This document shows positions 10,201-21,700 of a stretch of DNA of 64,000 nt, piece after piece; position 1 is the first letter of the stretch, and every line of letters starts with the position of its first letter. The notes below the pieces were generated by a model, which saw only the letters and a list, made by a program, of their open reading frames with translations, was not told the DNA's origin and made no database searches. Origin of the DNA: Macrostomum lignano (Eukaryota); assembly GCA_002269645.1 (NCBI GenBank), contig NIVC01000891.1, positions 1 through 64,000 of the forward strand, in the 5' to 3' direction. The position numbers and the translations under genes are program-made.

Positions 10201-12981
10201 CAGCAAGATGACATGCTCACACTGATGGAGCTGGCAGGTCTGGTAACTGAGTGCTCACCCGATATGGTGCTGTGGTTCGCTAACGATACCGCCAATCTGC
10301 CACTCGACTTGGCTCGAAACAAATCGGAGACTCTACTGAAGTTTGTAGCTAGCCAAAGCTTCGAGCAGCATCGCACAGAAGCATTCCTGTCTCAACTTGC
10401 CAGAATATCATTCATTGTACCGGATGTGAAGCCTGAGCTGCAACAGCTGTGCGACAAGGGCTATGTACAGTTTTCTTCACTTGAAAATTGTGTAATCCCG
10501 GAGAACGTGTACATCTGTTGGACAGTGCTTCCTGTGGCTCCTGCTTTCATCGAAGAACTTGGTTGCTTCAGAAAGTACCTGCAGGAGAAGCCCCAGATGG
10601 ACAAGTTTTTCTCGCATTTGAAGAACCTAATCGGATCCCGTCAGTTCTGCAACGCTGGTCTGGCGGACAGTATAAAGCAAGTCAGAGGCAAGGTGATGCA
10701 CAAAGTTTACTCATTCATGAGTTCACTGGATCAGGCAGCTTCGGAGCGCTACCTGAATGCGCTAAGAAATTCACCGTGCATTCTCGTCGACAACTATTCG
10801 AGATTTGCTCAGCCATGCCAAGTCACTCTGACCGAAAGGGATGAAATCCCACCGTTTCTCTTTGCCTGCCCTCCTGACTTCTTGCAGTACAGCGAGCTTT
10901 TTCTAAAACTCGGAGTAACACGGCAGCCGAGCATTGAGCAGGCTGCGATGGTGCTGCATCTAATCAAGAGCGCTGCCAAGGATGATTTTTTGCCAGTGGC
11001 CCTGTTGGAACCGACAGCAAAATGCATTCGCCTGTTGCTATCGCTTCTCCATCAGCAGGGGGCATTTCCAACCGGCATTCGCCTGTGCCTGCCAACATCA
11101 GTCAGTACGGAGGAGCAGACCAACAAGAGCTACAAGTTGGTCGAGGCTAGCCAGGTGGTGATCAATGACGCAGTGGCCTATTTCGAACGTTTGGGGGATG
11201 CAACGCTGTCCGGAATTCAGTTCCTGGATCTGGAATTTTGCGGAATCAGCGCAGATCAGCAGCGAACTCTCGAGCGCCGCCTGAGCAAAGATCTCCGGGT
11301 TCCAAGACTGTCCGAACTCGTCGAGGAACATCTGGTGTCCGATGAGTGTCCCGAGTGCTCCGCTGGCGAGGCTGGTTGCCAGGTGTGTGCTGAATTTTCG
11401 AAGAAGCTTAGCAGCTCAGATTTTCGCAGCGGACTCGCAAGCGTTATCGTTTCCGATTCTATGGACGCAAACATTGAGAGCACATTCAAATCGGTCAATG
11501 GAATATTTGAAGACTTTCGAATCGCTTGCAAGCAGAAATTGGTTACTGTGCTGTTAATGAATGGCACTGAGATCGACGCATCCAAGAGGCGAAGGAAGTT
11601 TTTGCTAAAAGACGGTGCGATCTACATGAACCATCTCGACCGCTTGCCTGAGGGCGATGATCGGAACTTTTGGCTCAAGGAACTGATGGGAGCTGTGCAC
11701 GGTCTATTGGAGCCAAGCTTCAGCCTCACCTCACAACAAACATCAAGGCTGCAGTTCATGATGATGCTTGAAGATTTCAGAAATATTCCCCAGATGCTGC
11801 AAGAGGAAAACATTCGCTTTTATGGCCAGAGCGATGACTTGAAGGACATGTGGCATGGAGTTGAGCTGGGAAGTCCGGTAAGTCCGATGGACGCATTGAA
11901 ACTCGAGCCGTTGGGCTTGACGCACCTGCAGCCAGACGACGTGGTAGCGTTTGCGGATCCCGAGGCCGGAGGGTCGCTGATCTACGCCCGAATCGTCGAG
12001 TCACATGGCTCAGTCGATCCCAAAAGCGATGAAGGCGAGTCTGACAGCGGCGAGTGGAGCCTCGAGTTCACCATAGACTGCGGTCGTCAGCGCGGCCGAA
12101 AAGTGCGGGCGTCGGCGGCACTGCTGCAAGCTTTTGGAAAGATCGAGAATGAATTGGAGTTGCATGAGAACAATAGCGGCTGGGAACTCAGGATGGAGCA
12201 GCAGATTCACAAAGCGGCTCGCTTATCCGATAATTTCGAACGGAAAGCCGCCACACAACGGATTCTCGACGCCTGCGATTCAAACCGCTTCGACGAGGAG
12301 CAGCAGCCGGATCCCGAAGCGATTCGGCGGGTGCAGAGTCTCGCTCAAGAGCAGCTGAGGGGCAGTCTGTCTAACGATGATTGGGAGATGATGAGCGGAA
12401 ATGCTGCCAGGGCTGCTCGACGCTATCGATCGGCGCGAGCTGAAAGTCGCATGAATGGCGACTTCGGCTTCGGTGGCGGCGGCGGCGGCGACGGTGGCGG
12501 TTTGGGTGCCGCCTTTTGCGGGGCCTTTAACAGCGCCAGGACGGGTGGCGGAGGTGGCGGCGGTTTTGGCGGACCTGGGTGCATTCCTCCGTCGCCAGGT
12601 GAGGCGCAGCGCTATCTACAGACGGCCCAAGGTGACGCGGAGGCGGCCGTGGCCGCTGAACGAGCCTGCTGGGCCTGCTACCAGAGCTGGCAGGCCGCTG
12701 AGAAAGCGATGAAGGCCGTCGTGCTTGCCGAGAATCGACCGGCTGAGCGGAGTCACAACCTTATGAGCCACCTGCTTCTCGTTGTCGATGAGCAGCTGCG
12801 GGACCAGCTGGAGCCGCTGGTGCACGACCTGCTGGCTGTACTTCACCGGGACCCGCGCTATCCGCGTGATGGCGACACGCCTTACGACGTGTTCCGCGCC
12901 GAGCACGCGCGACAGGCCAGCGGGGCAGCGGCCGGCATTGTGCGACTGGTGGAGGCGGCCGTCAGCGATGCCACTGATTGA
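4239..12981 (+). CDS. SACS-like: Sacsin-like copy 1, giant exon 3 (end of ATPase repeat 1, ATPase repeat 2, J-like domain, HEPN); two 1-bp deletions at ~4438 and ~4576
   Basis: TTCGTCAG|ATCTAC acceptor. 2790-aa ORF with PFGQKEELTTRL..ELVQNADDA, GQYGIGFNCVY, LPVHINGHFALDPSRR and C-terminal QAAEKAMKA..HNL..RYP. Confidence 0.9.
12601..12960 (+). other. HEPN domain of copy 1 (also 38357-38740 in copy 2 and ~49208-49500 in copy 3)
   Basis: EAQRYLQTAQGDAEAA..ACWACYQSWQAAEKAMKA..RPAERSHNL..RYP..P..F..E.A..A matches the HEPN pattern at the C-terminus of sacsins. Confidence 0.8.
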
Positions 12982-13649
12982 AGACCTGGCGCTGACTGCA
13001 GCTGATTGGGTTTGTTTGTTTTCATTGATGCCAGGACACCAAGAGTAAGCTGAGCATGAGTTGAGTTTCCTTTATGCAGAGGCGGGCAAACTGGAGCTGT
13101 TGAATTTAGCAGAAGATTCGAGGCGATTACACTTTCAATCTAAGAAATAGCTGATGAATTTAGACCAGATGATAAAGTTTACCAGATACGAGCGACTAGA
13201 ACTCTGGACCGACAAACCCATGAGAAACGTTTGCCTGCCTCAGCCGTTGAAGCGTAGGTGCAGTCAGCTTCCAGTAATCAAGTAATCAATAATTCTACGT
13301 CGTGTTTTTATTCTGTTGGGACAATGAGGCATTGTCTATTCAATTGTCTATTTAAAATAATGTCTGTTTTAATCAAGCCTTTAACTTAATTTAAGGTTTT
13401 ATTGTTCCTAGTTTGTATTGGTTTGATGTCTAGTTTATTAAATTAACGCCTAATTAATCCAGTCAAATTTAAATAGACTGGTAGACCTAGAAATTGCATG
13501 CTCTTAATTATCTGCAAGGTTGGGAGAAAATTGGGCCAAAGCCAATTGCCTAACATCTTATAGAACGATTCCAAAATAAGCCACGTGTCAGTGATGTTCA
13601 CCCAAATGATGTTCATCAAATTCAAAGTGTCTTTTGGAAGAAAAGGATC

Positions 13650-13900
13650 CCCTCTCCTCCCCTCCATCATTTCTCCTATCCCCGAGCCTCTTCTGTCTTC
13701 TCTTTTATCTCTCCCCTCTCCTCCGTCCCCTCTTTCCCCTTTTTTCTCTCTCTTCCACTCTCTCCCCTCTACTCTCTCCACGTTCTCCCCTCTCTCCGCT
13801 CTCCTCTCCGCTTATCTTCTATCTTTTCTCTTATCTCACCCCATCTATCTTCTCTCATTTCTCATCTTCCATTCCCTCTCATTTCCACTCTTATCAGACC
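13650..13900. repeat. CT-rich low-complexity tract in the 3' flank (also 39420-39670 and 49915-50170)
   Basis: Polypyrimidine sequence present downstream of copies 1-3. Confidence 0.8.
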
Positions 13901-14751
13901 CGGAGTCATAAATTGGATTCTTTTTCTGCCCTTGAGGTAAAAATTTTTTCCGAGCCCAGTTCGATCTAAAGACTCCGGGAACGCCATCGCACGACCTACC
14001 GGTATCACTATCACCCCCTCTGCACTAATATTGTCATGGACAGCTTCTCTTAAAAAACTGAATTTTTTCTCTATTTGTCGATTTTATTACCAAGCTAAAG
14101 TGTTATCACTTATCAACATGGTAGAAGTGCCAAGTTCCCATATTTGATAAATATTATTACATTTTCTTAGTTTTTGCCAGAATAGGACCAACCCCACCAC
14201 ACGAAACTCAAGGACATTGTTGAACATATTTGTTGCAAACCTTCTGAAACAAGATTTAAGTCACCACACCTTCAGGTTCAGACCAGACCAGAAAATCGAT
14301 TCAAAATAAGAGAGTTGCTATAATAGAATAAGCTTGGTACTTCTACTGTTAATTTGCTCGTCCTAATTACTAAATATTATTTTTATCATTTGTCACTGTT
14401 TTTGTTTTCTCATTGTTTTTGCTGATGTCTTGCATACTTAATCTGTTTAGTTACTCTAGAATACTATAGCAGTATAATTAACTTTCTTTCTTTACTTAGA
14501 CTTACGCTCGTAGGCAGACTTCTTTAATATTTTACTTAAAATCTACATAAGGACCCTATCGAACCTTAAAAATTTATTCAGTTATATTTTTACTCTCCTA
14601 ATTCTGTATGTGTTTGCGTCGTTTTAAAATTCTGCTCCGTCTATTTTATTCAAAATACACCTTTTGACGTGAATTAAGTCAAATTTTGTTTTGCCTTTGT
14701 CCTTACTATTAATAAATCTCGTTTGAATGTGTCTTAAGATTTAGGAATTTA

Positions 14752-15642
14752 CTAGCAATCTTCGCCCCCCGATGGGGGACATCTGGATAGAATCTCTGTT
14801 CTCTACACGTATCAAAAAGACAGCCAAATAAAGCCTTCACAAAGACAATAGACAAACTGCTCAAATGAAGACCATTGCGAAAAGAAAACATCCCAAGACA
14901 GCATGCAAGCATCCCTCCCCCCAGATAACAAGCATCCCCCCAGATAGCAAGCACCCCCAGATAGCAAGCATCCACCTAATAGCAAGCACCCCCAGATAGC
15001 AGGCACCCCCAGATAGCAAGCATCCACCTAATAGCAAGCACCCCCAGATAGCAGGCACCCCCAGATAGCAAGCATCCACCTAATAGCAAGTATCGATCCT
15101 TAAATAGCAAGCATCCACCAGACATCCACCAGGCATCCACCAGACAAGTATCTAGTGCAACAATTTCCTTAGCTTTATGGTGGCTCCTTTATGATTGGCA
15201 TGACGCTTCTTTTTACGTTTGAAATGGTGTCTCTTATGTTTGCCATGGTGGCTCTTTAATGTTTGCCATGGTGGCTCTTTAATGTTTGACATGGTGGCTC
15301 TTTAATGTTCGAAATGGTGTCTCTTATGTTTGCCATGGTGGCTCTTTAATGTTTGACATGGTGGATCTTTAATGTTAGGCATGGTGGCTCTTTAATGGTA
15401 GGCATGGTGGCTCTTTAATGTTTGAAATGGTGGCTCTTTTATGTTTGACATGGTGGCTCTTAAATGTTTGCCATGATGGCTCTTTTATGTTAGGCATGGA
15501 GTCACATATATGTTTCTCAATAGAATCTCTGTTCTCTACAAGTAACAAAAAGACAGCCAAATAGAGCTTTCACAAAGACAACAGAAAAACTGCTCAAATG
15601 AAGTGCAACGCAAAAAGAAAACATCCCAAGACAGCAAGCATT
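14752..15642 (-). mobile_element. Insertion with a Helitron-like 3' end (hairpin + CTAG), internal 17-18-bp and 23-bp minisatellites and a ~120-bp direct repeat
   Basis: Minus strand CCCCCATCGGGGGG-CGAAGATTG-CTAG at 14752-14778. Absent from the paralogous flanks at ~40485 and ~50895. TTTAGGAATTTA is duplicated at 14740-14751 and 15643-15654. Confidence 0.5.
15178..15495. repeat. 23-bp minisatellite (ATGGTGGCTCTTTAATGTTTGAC-like)
   Basis: About a dozen degenerate tandem units. Confidence 0.85.
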
Positions 15643-15849
15643 TTTAGGAATTTATGCAAAAATATCGAAAGTTCCGGGGATTATACGCTCGTACTACCGC
15701 CGGTTTTAACAGCTTGTAAATTATATTCTGCAACGCACAAGTTGCAAATCTGTTGATTTTCGTGTGTCAACCAACTGCAGTCGGATGGACCGATAAGAAA
15801 GTTCTTTTCGACTTAATAAAAAAATTGGGGTCTACGACAATTGACTGGC

Positions 15850-16030
15850 ACAATTTGACCGCCCTAATTTGACAGCAGTCAATTTTACTGCGGACAATTT
15901 GACCGCCGAACAATTTGACTGCCGACAATTTGACTGCCGACAATTTGACTGCCGACAATTTGACTGCCAACAATTTGACTGCCGACAATTTGACTGCCGA
16001 CAATTTGACTGCCAACAAAATGACTGCGGA
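15850..16030. repeat. 15-bp minisatellite AATTTGACTGCCGAC; related 15/30-bp array at ~40660-40815
   Basis: Direct reading; explains the QFDCR/AVKLS pseudo-ORFs. Confidence 0.9.
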
Positions 16031-16760
16031 AATTTGAATGACTCAAGTACTACATGTACGTCGTACATCCTTTTTATCTATGCATTGATCGTATTTATGC
16101 AGTACTTACAATTCGCTCTTTACGAGTGAAGATGCAAGCTACACTTTCCTTCCAGCAATACATGCATGTATATATGTTATAACGAATGTTCAAATGGATC
16201 ATCTATACGTAGCTGCGTTCTGTTGAGCTGAGTGCTTTTTATAAAGCTAACTTAGCATTAAATTTAGCTTTTGACTATTAGTCTGTTAGGCTATTATTAG
16301 GTTTTATAGAACGCGTCTGTGGCATTTCTTTTAAGTCTGGACGATTCAATAAGATTCAAATTTATGAGATTAATGACATAGGAGAAAGAAAGAAAGGATA
16401 CTTAATGTCATTAACTGCCCGCTAATTTTATCCCACTTTGTCAAGGACACAAATGTCTATGGCACAATAATGGCACAATAATCTCACTGGGCTGGAAAAT
16501 CAGAGGTATCGCGGACAGAAAATTGAAGTATCGCGCTTGGGCCTCACTGGTATTACTGATGTACATCACTCATTCACTGTGTACATCACTGCTATGTATT
16601 TGACTGCAGTGCCAAAGCATATATGGCTGATGCTAAAAATGATCTGTCTGTGTGTGCCCCTGGTCTCGGGTGCTTGCTACGTCTGTTGGATGCTTGCTGA
16701 CTGGCGCCACTATATAGTAGTCGTATATGCAAGGGATAGAAAAATGCTCAGCGGCTGCGT

Positions 16761-17343
16761 GCTGTCTGGGGGATGCTTGCTGTCTGGGGGATACTTGCTG
16801 TCTGGGGGATGCTTGCTGTCTGGGGGATACTTGCTGTCTGGGGGATGCTTGCTGTCTGGGGGATGCTTGCTGTCTGGGGGATGCTTGCTGTCTGGGGATA
16901 CTTGCTGTCTGGGGGATGCTTGCTGTCTGGGGGATGCTTGCTGTCTGGGGGATGCTTGCTGTCTGGGGATACTTGCTGTCTGGGGGATACTTGCTGACTG
17001 GGGGATTGTTTGCTGTCTGGGGGATGCTTGCTGTCTGGGGGATGCTTGCTGTCTGGGGGATACTTGCTGTCTGGGGGATGCTTGCTGTCTGGGGGATACT
17101 TGCTGTCTGGGGGATGCTTGCTGTCTGGGGGATACTTGCTGTCTGGGGGATACTTGCTGACTGGGGGATTGTTTGCTGTCTGGGGGATGCTTGCTGTCTG
17201 GGGGATGCTTGCTGTCTGGGGGATACTTGCTGTCTAGGGGATTGCTTGCTGACTGGGGGATTGTTTGCTGTCTGAGGAATGCTTGCTGTCTGGGAGATAT
17301 TACATTCTTTCTTTGCTCCCCAACGGGGGGCATAGATTGCTAA
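16761..17343 (+). mobile_element. 18-bp minisatellite (GCTGTCTGGGGGATGCTT, ~29 copies) followed by a Helitron-like 3' hairpin + CTAA; same family as 14752, in inverted orientation
   Basis: CTCCCCAACGGGGGG-CATAGATTG-CTAA at 17316-17343 parallels the minus-strand end at 14752-14778. The repeat unit is the reverse complement of the 14905-15110 array. Confidence 0.5.
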
Positions 17344-18692
17344 GATTTCAAAGCTCACTGGGCTGGGTAAATTGCGTAGATGTCAAGGCTCGAGTTTAAT
17401 TGCTGCGATGTCGATGTTTAATGAGGGAATTCCTCAGATGCCAAGACTTACTGGGGAAATTACTGAGATATCAAGGCCTACTGGGGTCTTGAGATAGCCC
17501 TTGGAATATCATGGCTCATAGGGGATGGCTGAATTGTTGGGGAGGGGGTTAGGTTGCTGAGTGATTGTAAGATCGTCAAGTACATGTAGTACGGCTCAAG
17601 TAGCTCATGTATTTAAGATAATAGAATAGTACACAAAAGTGATGCTGATTTCTTTTAATAGGCAATACCAGTGTATTTAATAAGGGTTTGGTTCTTTGAG
17701 TTAGGCTGATAAAGAGGGGTCTAAGGCCGTGAGCTCCTGCTGTAGACCAGAATATGCCCCGGCCAGTGACAATATGCACTAAGAGTTTGTGCTTGAAAGG
17801 AAAGCACAGTTTGCTAATTGAGAAAGGGTTTTGGGTTGATGAAGGAAACTGTTTTGGCTGATGAAAGTTTCGATTCATGGCAATTTGGTGTCATTTTTAA
17901 GGCCCCCAAAGTGAGGCTAAATGGCCTTACCATTCTGACAAGAGCTTCTGTTTCGTATCCTGGCAGCCCTAGCCTTCTAGGGCTTAAGATTAGGGCTTAA
18001 AATACTGGGTTTAAAAAATAATCCCCGGCACGCGGCGGGGGGGGGGAGAGGTGGACGAAGGGGGAGGATGGGGTTAACACACTTTACACTGACATTAATT
18101 ATGCAAAGCTGAAGGGATGAAATAAATCAAAATTACTGATGAGTCTGTCGCCATTGGATATTTTCGGGATCCCGATGATCAACCCCGGGATTCAGAGTCC
18201 CAGGATTTATTTCCTATTTGCAGTCTTGAGAGGATTTTGTGTATTTGTGAATTGGATCGAAGGCTTCCATTCTGGTTGGTTCTCCTTTTTTGAAGACTTT
18301 TAAGTGCCTTCAAGAAAAACTAGAGTGTTTCGATTTCTTTCCATTTTGAGAGACCAATTCTCCAGGGTGGTACTGTATCGCTTTTTCGCTTTTACAATCC
18401 ATGTCGGTCTTATTGATTTCCGTCTTCCTAATCCACTTTTAAACTGTTAAACTGCAGAGTAAGACCCGCACAGATTCTAGAAAATGGTTAAAGATTTCTT
18501 AGAAAACTTTCCCAGCTACCCGTAGCCTATCAACTGGGGCAAATGCAGCGAAAGCCGCAAATAAAGCCACGTCATTCCAAACACACTGTGCATTATCGTG
18601 TGCATTAAGCCCTATCCCCTGTCCTGGGGGAATTCAATGAAGTAAACTGGACAATAACAGAACATTCCAACAAGCTGCTTTCGTGGTTGTAA

Positions 18693-18770
18693 GCCATCTT
18701 ATTTATGAGCCATCTTATTTATGAGCCATCTTATTTATGAGCCATCTTATTTATGAGCCATCTTATTTAT
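18693..18770 (+). repeat. Five tandem copies of 16-bp GCCATCTTATTTATGA at the 5' end of the LINE
   Basis: Counted: 18693, 18709, 18725, 18741 and 18757 (last copy is 14 bp). Confidence 0.95.
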
Positions 18771-18789
18771 ACGCCCCTGGCGTATAAAT

Positions 18790-21700
18790 ATGCCGCGACC
18801 TCCTGGCACCCCTGGGCAGAGCATCGCCCCGGAGCATAGCCAAGGTTGGCTCGGAGTGCCGCGCCCTCAAGCTGCGGCAGCCAACAGCGGCAAGGCCAAG
18901 ACCCCCCGCGGCCAGCGCAGTGCTGCCCGCCGCACCCAGCGGCGCAGAGAGCGCAACCGGCGCAGTCGTGCCCATGGAGCAGCAAAGCGCGCAGGCAGGC
19001 GGGAGGCCGAGGCCCTGGATCCTCCGGGTGGCGCCGGGGACCACGAGGCCCAACAGCATCGGGCCCCAGCCGTACCAGAGCACCCCCTTCGGCTGGCAAC
19101 CTGGAACTGCCGGACCCTCAAGGAGAACTGGCGCCAGGGCCTGCTGGCAAAGCTGGCTCAAGAGAGACAAAGATGGACCTGGTGGCTCTGCAGGAGGTGT
19201 CTATCGTGGCCGGCCCCGGCCTCCAGCGTGAAGAGCTTGGAGCTGGCTGGAGCCTCCTGTACACATCAGCGGACGAGAGAGGTCATGGAGGAGTAGGAGT
19301 GCTGGTCGGGCCAAAGCTGCAACAGAGTGTGTGCTGCCAGAGCCTGTCCCCTCGGCTGCTGCGGATCGACCTGCGGCTGAGGAGTCGGAGCGCCCACATT
19401 TTCTGCGCCTACGCGCCGACAGCTGCCCACCCCGATGAAGCTCGTGTCTTTTTCGAGTTCTTGTCCGGGCAGGTGGAGGCTGTGGCACAACGGGACACGG
19501 TGATCGTGCTCGGTGATCTGAACGCTGTCATGCGCAGGTCAGACCGGGCCCCCTTCGTGACCCCGCGCGAGAATGCCAACACCGAGGCGCTGACCGACTT
19601 CGTGGCTCGGCATGACATGGTGTCGATGAACACGTGGTTCCGGAAACCCGAGCAGCGGCTGGCAACCTTTGCCGGCTGCAAGCGGCCGCGGCGCAACAAC
19701 AACCGCCGCCGGAATGCCACGACGAGGCTGGCGCAGCTGGACCACGTGCTGCTGCACTTTCGAGAGCGTGGCCGTGTGACCAACTGCGATACCATCATGC
19801 CATTGGCGCCGAAGTCCGACCACAAGCTGCTCTTCTGCGACATCAAGCTGAAGGACCCGCTCTACCGGCCGCCCAAGCGGAAGCCGAAGCACTTCTTCCG
19901 GGCCCTGCGTGACGATGCGACCCAGGTTCGCTTCGCCCGCGCGTTTGTGGATGCCCTCGACGGCAAGAAGGAAGCCGACTACCCCGAGATCTGCACGGCC
20001 GTCCAATCTGCTGCGGAGTGGACCCTACCGTTGGTGAAGCCCCTGCAGAAAGGTCGGCCGGTCTGGGAGGTGGACCCGGAAGTGCAAAGTGCGAGGCTGA
20101 GGCTTGAGCAGCTGCGACGGGCGGGCAGGACTGCGGAGGTGGACGAAGCCGAGGCGGCCCTCGCAGCCGCCTATGAGCAAGGACAACAGGCCGCCGTAGA
20201 AGAGACCATCAGGACGGTGACAACGGCAGGGCACGACGGCAAGCGCCGCGCCGTGTGGAGCGCTGTGAACGCGCTGACCGGGAGGAAGAGCCGCACGAGC
20301 CTCAACCTCCCCGGCGACACGGCGGAGGCCCGCCGGAACGAGCTGCGGGACTTTTTCGGCGCCATCGTGAACGCGCCGCCGCCGGTGCTGCAGGCGGAGA
20401 TGCCGCTGCCACCGGAAGTGGCCCTGCCCAAGGAGGAGGATTTCGACGTCAGCCCCATTACTCTGGACGAGGTGGTGTTGCAGGCGAAGAAGTCCCCTGG
20501 TGGAAGAGCGGCCGGCCCGGATGAGATCCCTGTCGAGGCGCTGCGAGTCCTGCCGGTGGCCCGTGCGGTCGCCGGTGTGATGAACCGCGTACTTGACGGG
20601 GGTGCAGCCCCAACTGAGTGGACGACGGCCCACATGATCCCCATCCCAAAGAAGCCCGGCACAACTCGGAAAGAAGAACATAGGGGCATCTCGCTGATGT
20701 CTTGCGCCGCGAAGCTCTTCAACAAGATCCTGCTGACGCGGCTGCAACCGGTGCTGGACCCGTTTCTGCGGCACGAGCAGAACGGCTTCCGGCCACACCG
20801 GGGCACAGCGACCCAGATCCTTGCCCTCAGGAGGACAATCGAGGAGGCGCGCACCCGCCAGGCGACGCTGATCTGTGTCTTCGTTGACTTCAGAAAGGCG
20901 TTCGACTCGGTGGCGCGCGGCGCCCTTGTGCCGGTGCTCCGGGCTTACCACGTGCCCCAGCGCCTGGTCAGCGCAGTCATGGCGCTCTACCAGGACACTC
21001 AAGCCGCCGTGGTGACGCCCGACGGGCTGTCGGACCCATTCAGTACAACATCTGGAGTGCTGCAGGGCGACACGCTAGCGCCCTTCTTGTTCGTGCTGGT
21101 CCTCGACTGGGTGCTGCGGACTGCGCTTCCATCCGACGCCGACGGCTTCATGCTGTGCAGGCGCACGAGCAGCCGCCATCCAGAGAAGAGACTGTCGCTG
21201 CTGGGCTATGCCGACGACCTGGCGCTGCTGGCCTCCACGGCGGATGGAGCCCAGCGGATGCTGGACAGCCTGGTGGCGATAGCGGCTACGGTCGGCCTGG
21301 TTGTTAACACCGACAAGACGGAGGTCCTGACGGTGCCAGCGGAGCTGCCTGCCAATATCACCTGCCGCGGCGCAGACGGTCACGCGGCCCCTCTACCCCG
21401 CTGCACGCGCTTCACGTACCTCGGCGGTCTGGTGCCCAGCGTTCAGGAGGACCTGGCGCGACGCAGAGGCCTGGCTTGGGCGGCCTTCCGCTCAGTCCGG
21501 GTTGTTCTGCAGAGCGCCGCGCTGCCAGATCGCCTGAGGTCTCGGCTGTTTCAGGCGGTGGTCGAGACCGTCCTGACTTACAACGCCGAGACGTGGACGC
21601 TGACCGAGACGCTGGAGAAGCGGCTGGACGCGGCCCACTCCAGCCTGCTGCGCGCGGCCTTCGGCATCTCCTACCCTGAGGTGGTCTCGAACGCGGCCCT

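Noticed and set aside
13443-13969. ORFs of 108-112 aa duplicated at 39214-39740
   Set aside because: They run through CT-rich low complexity; their conservation is explained by flank identity, and there is no recognisable motif.
16537-17358. Cys/Gln-rich repetitive proteins (CCLGDA, QTASIP)
   Set aside because: Translations of the 18-bp minisatellite in several frames.
19539-21002. Long antisense ORFs (155-325 aa) over the LINE
   Set aside because: Expected shadow ORFs of GC-rich coding sequence; no motifs.
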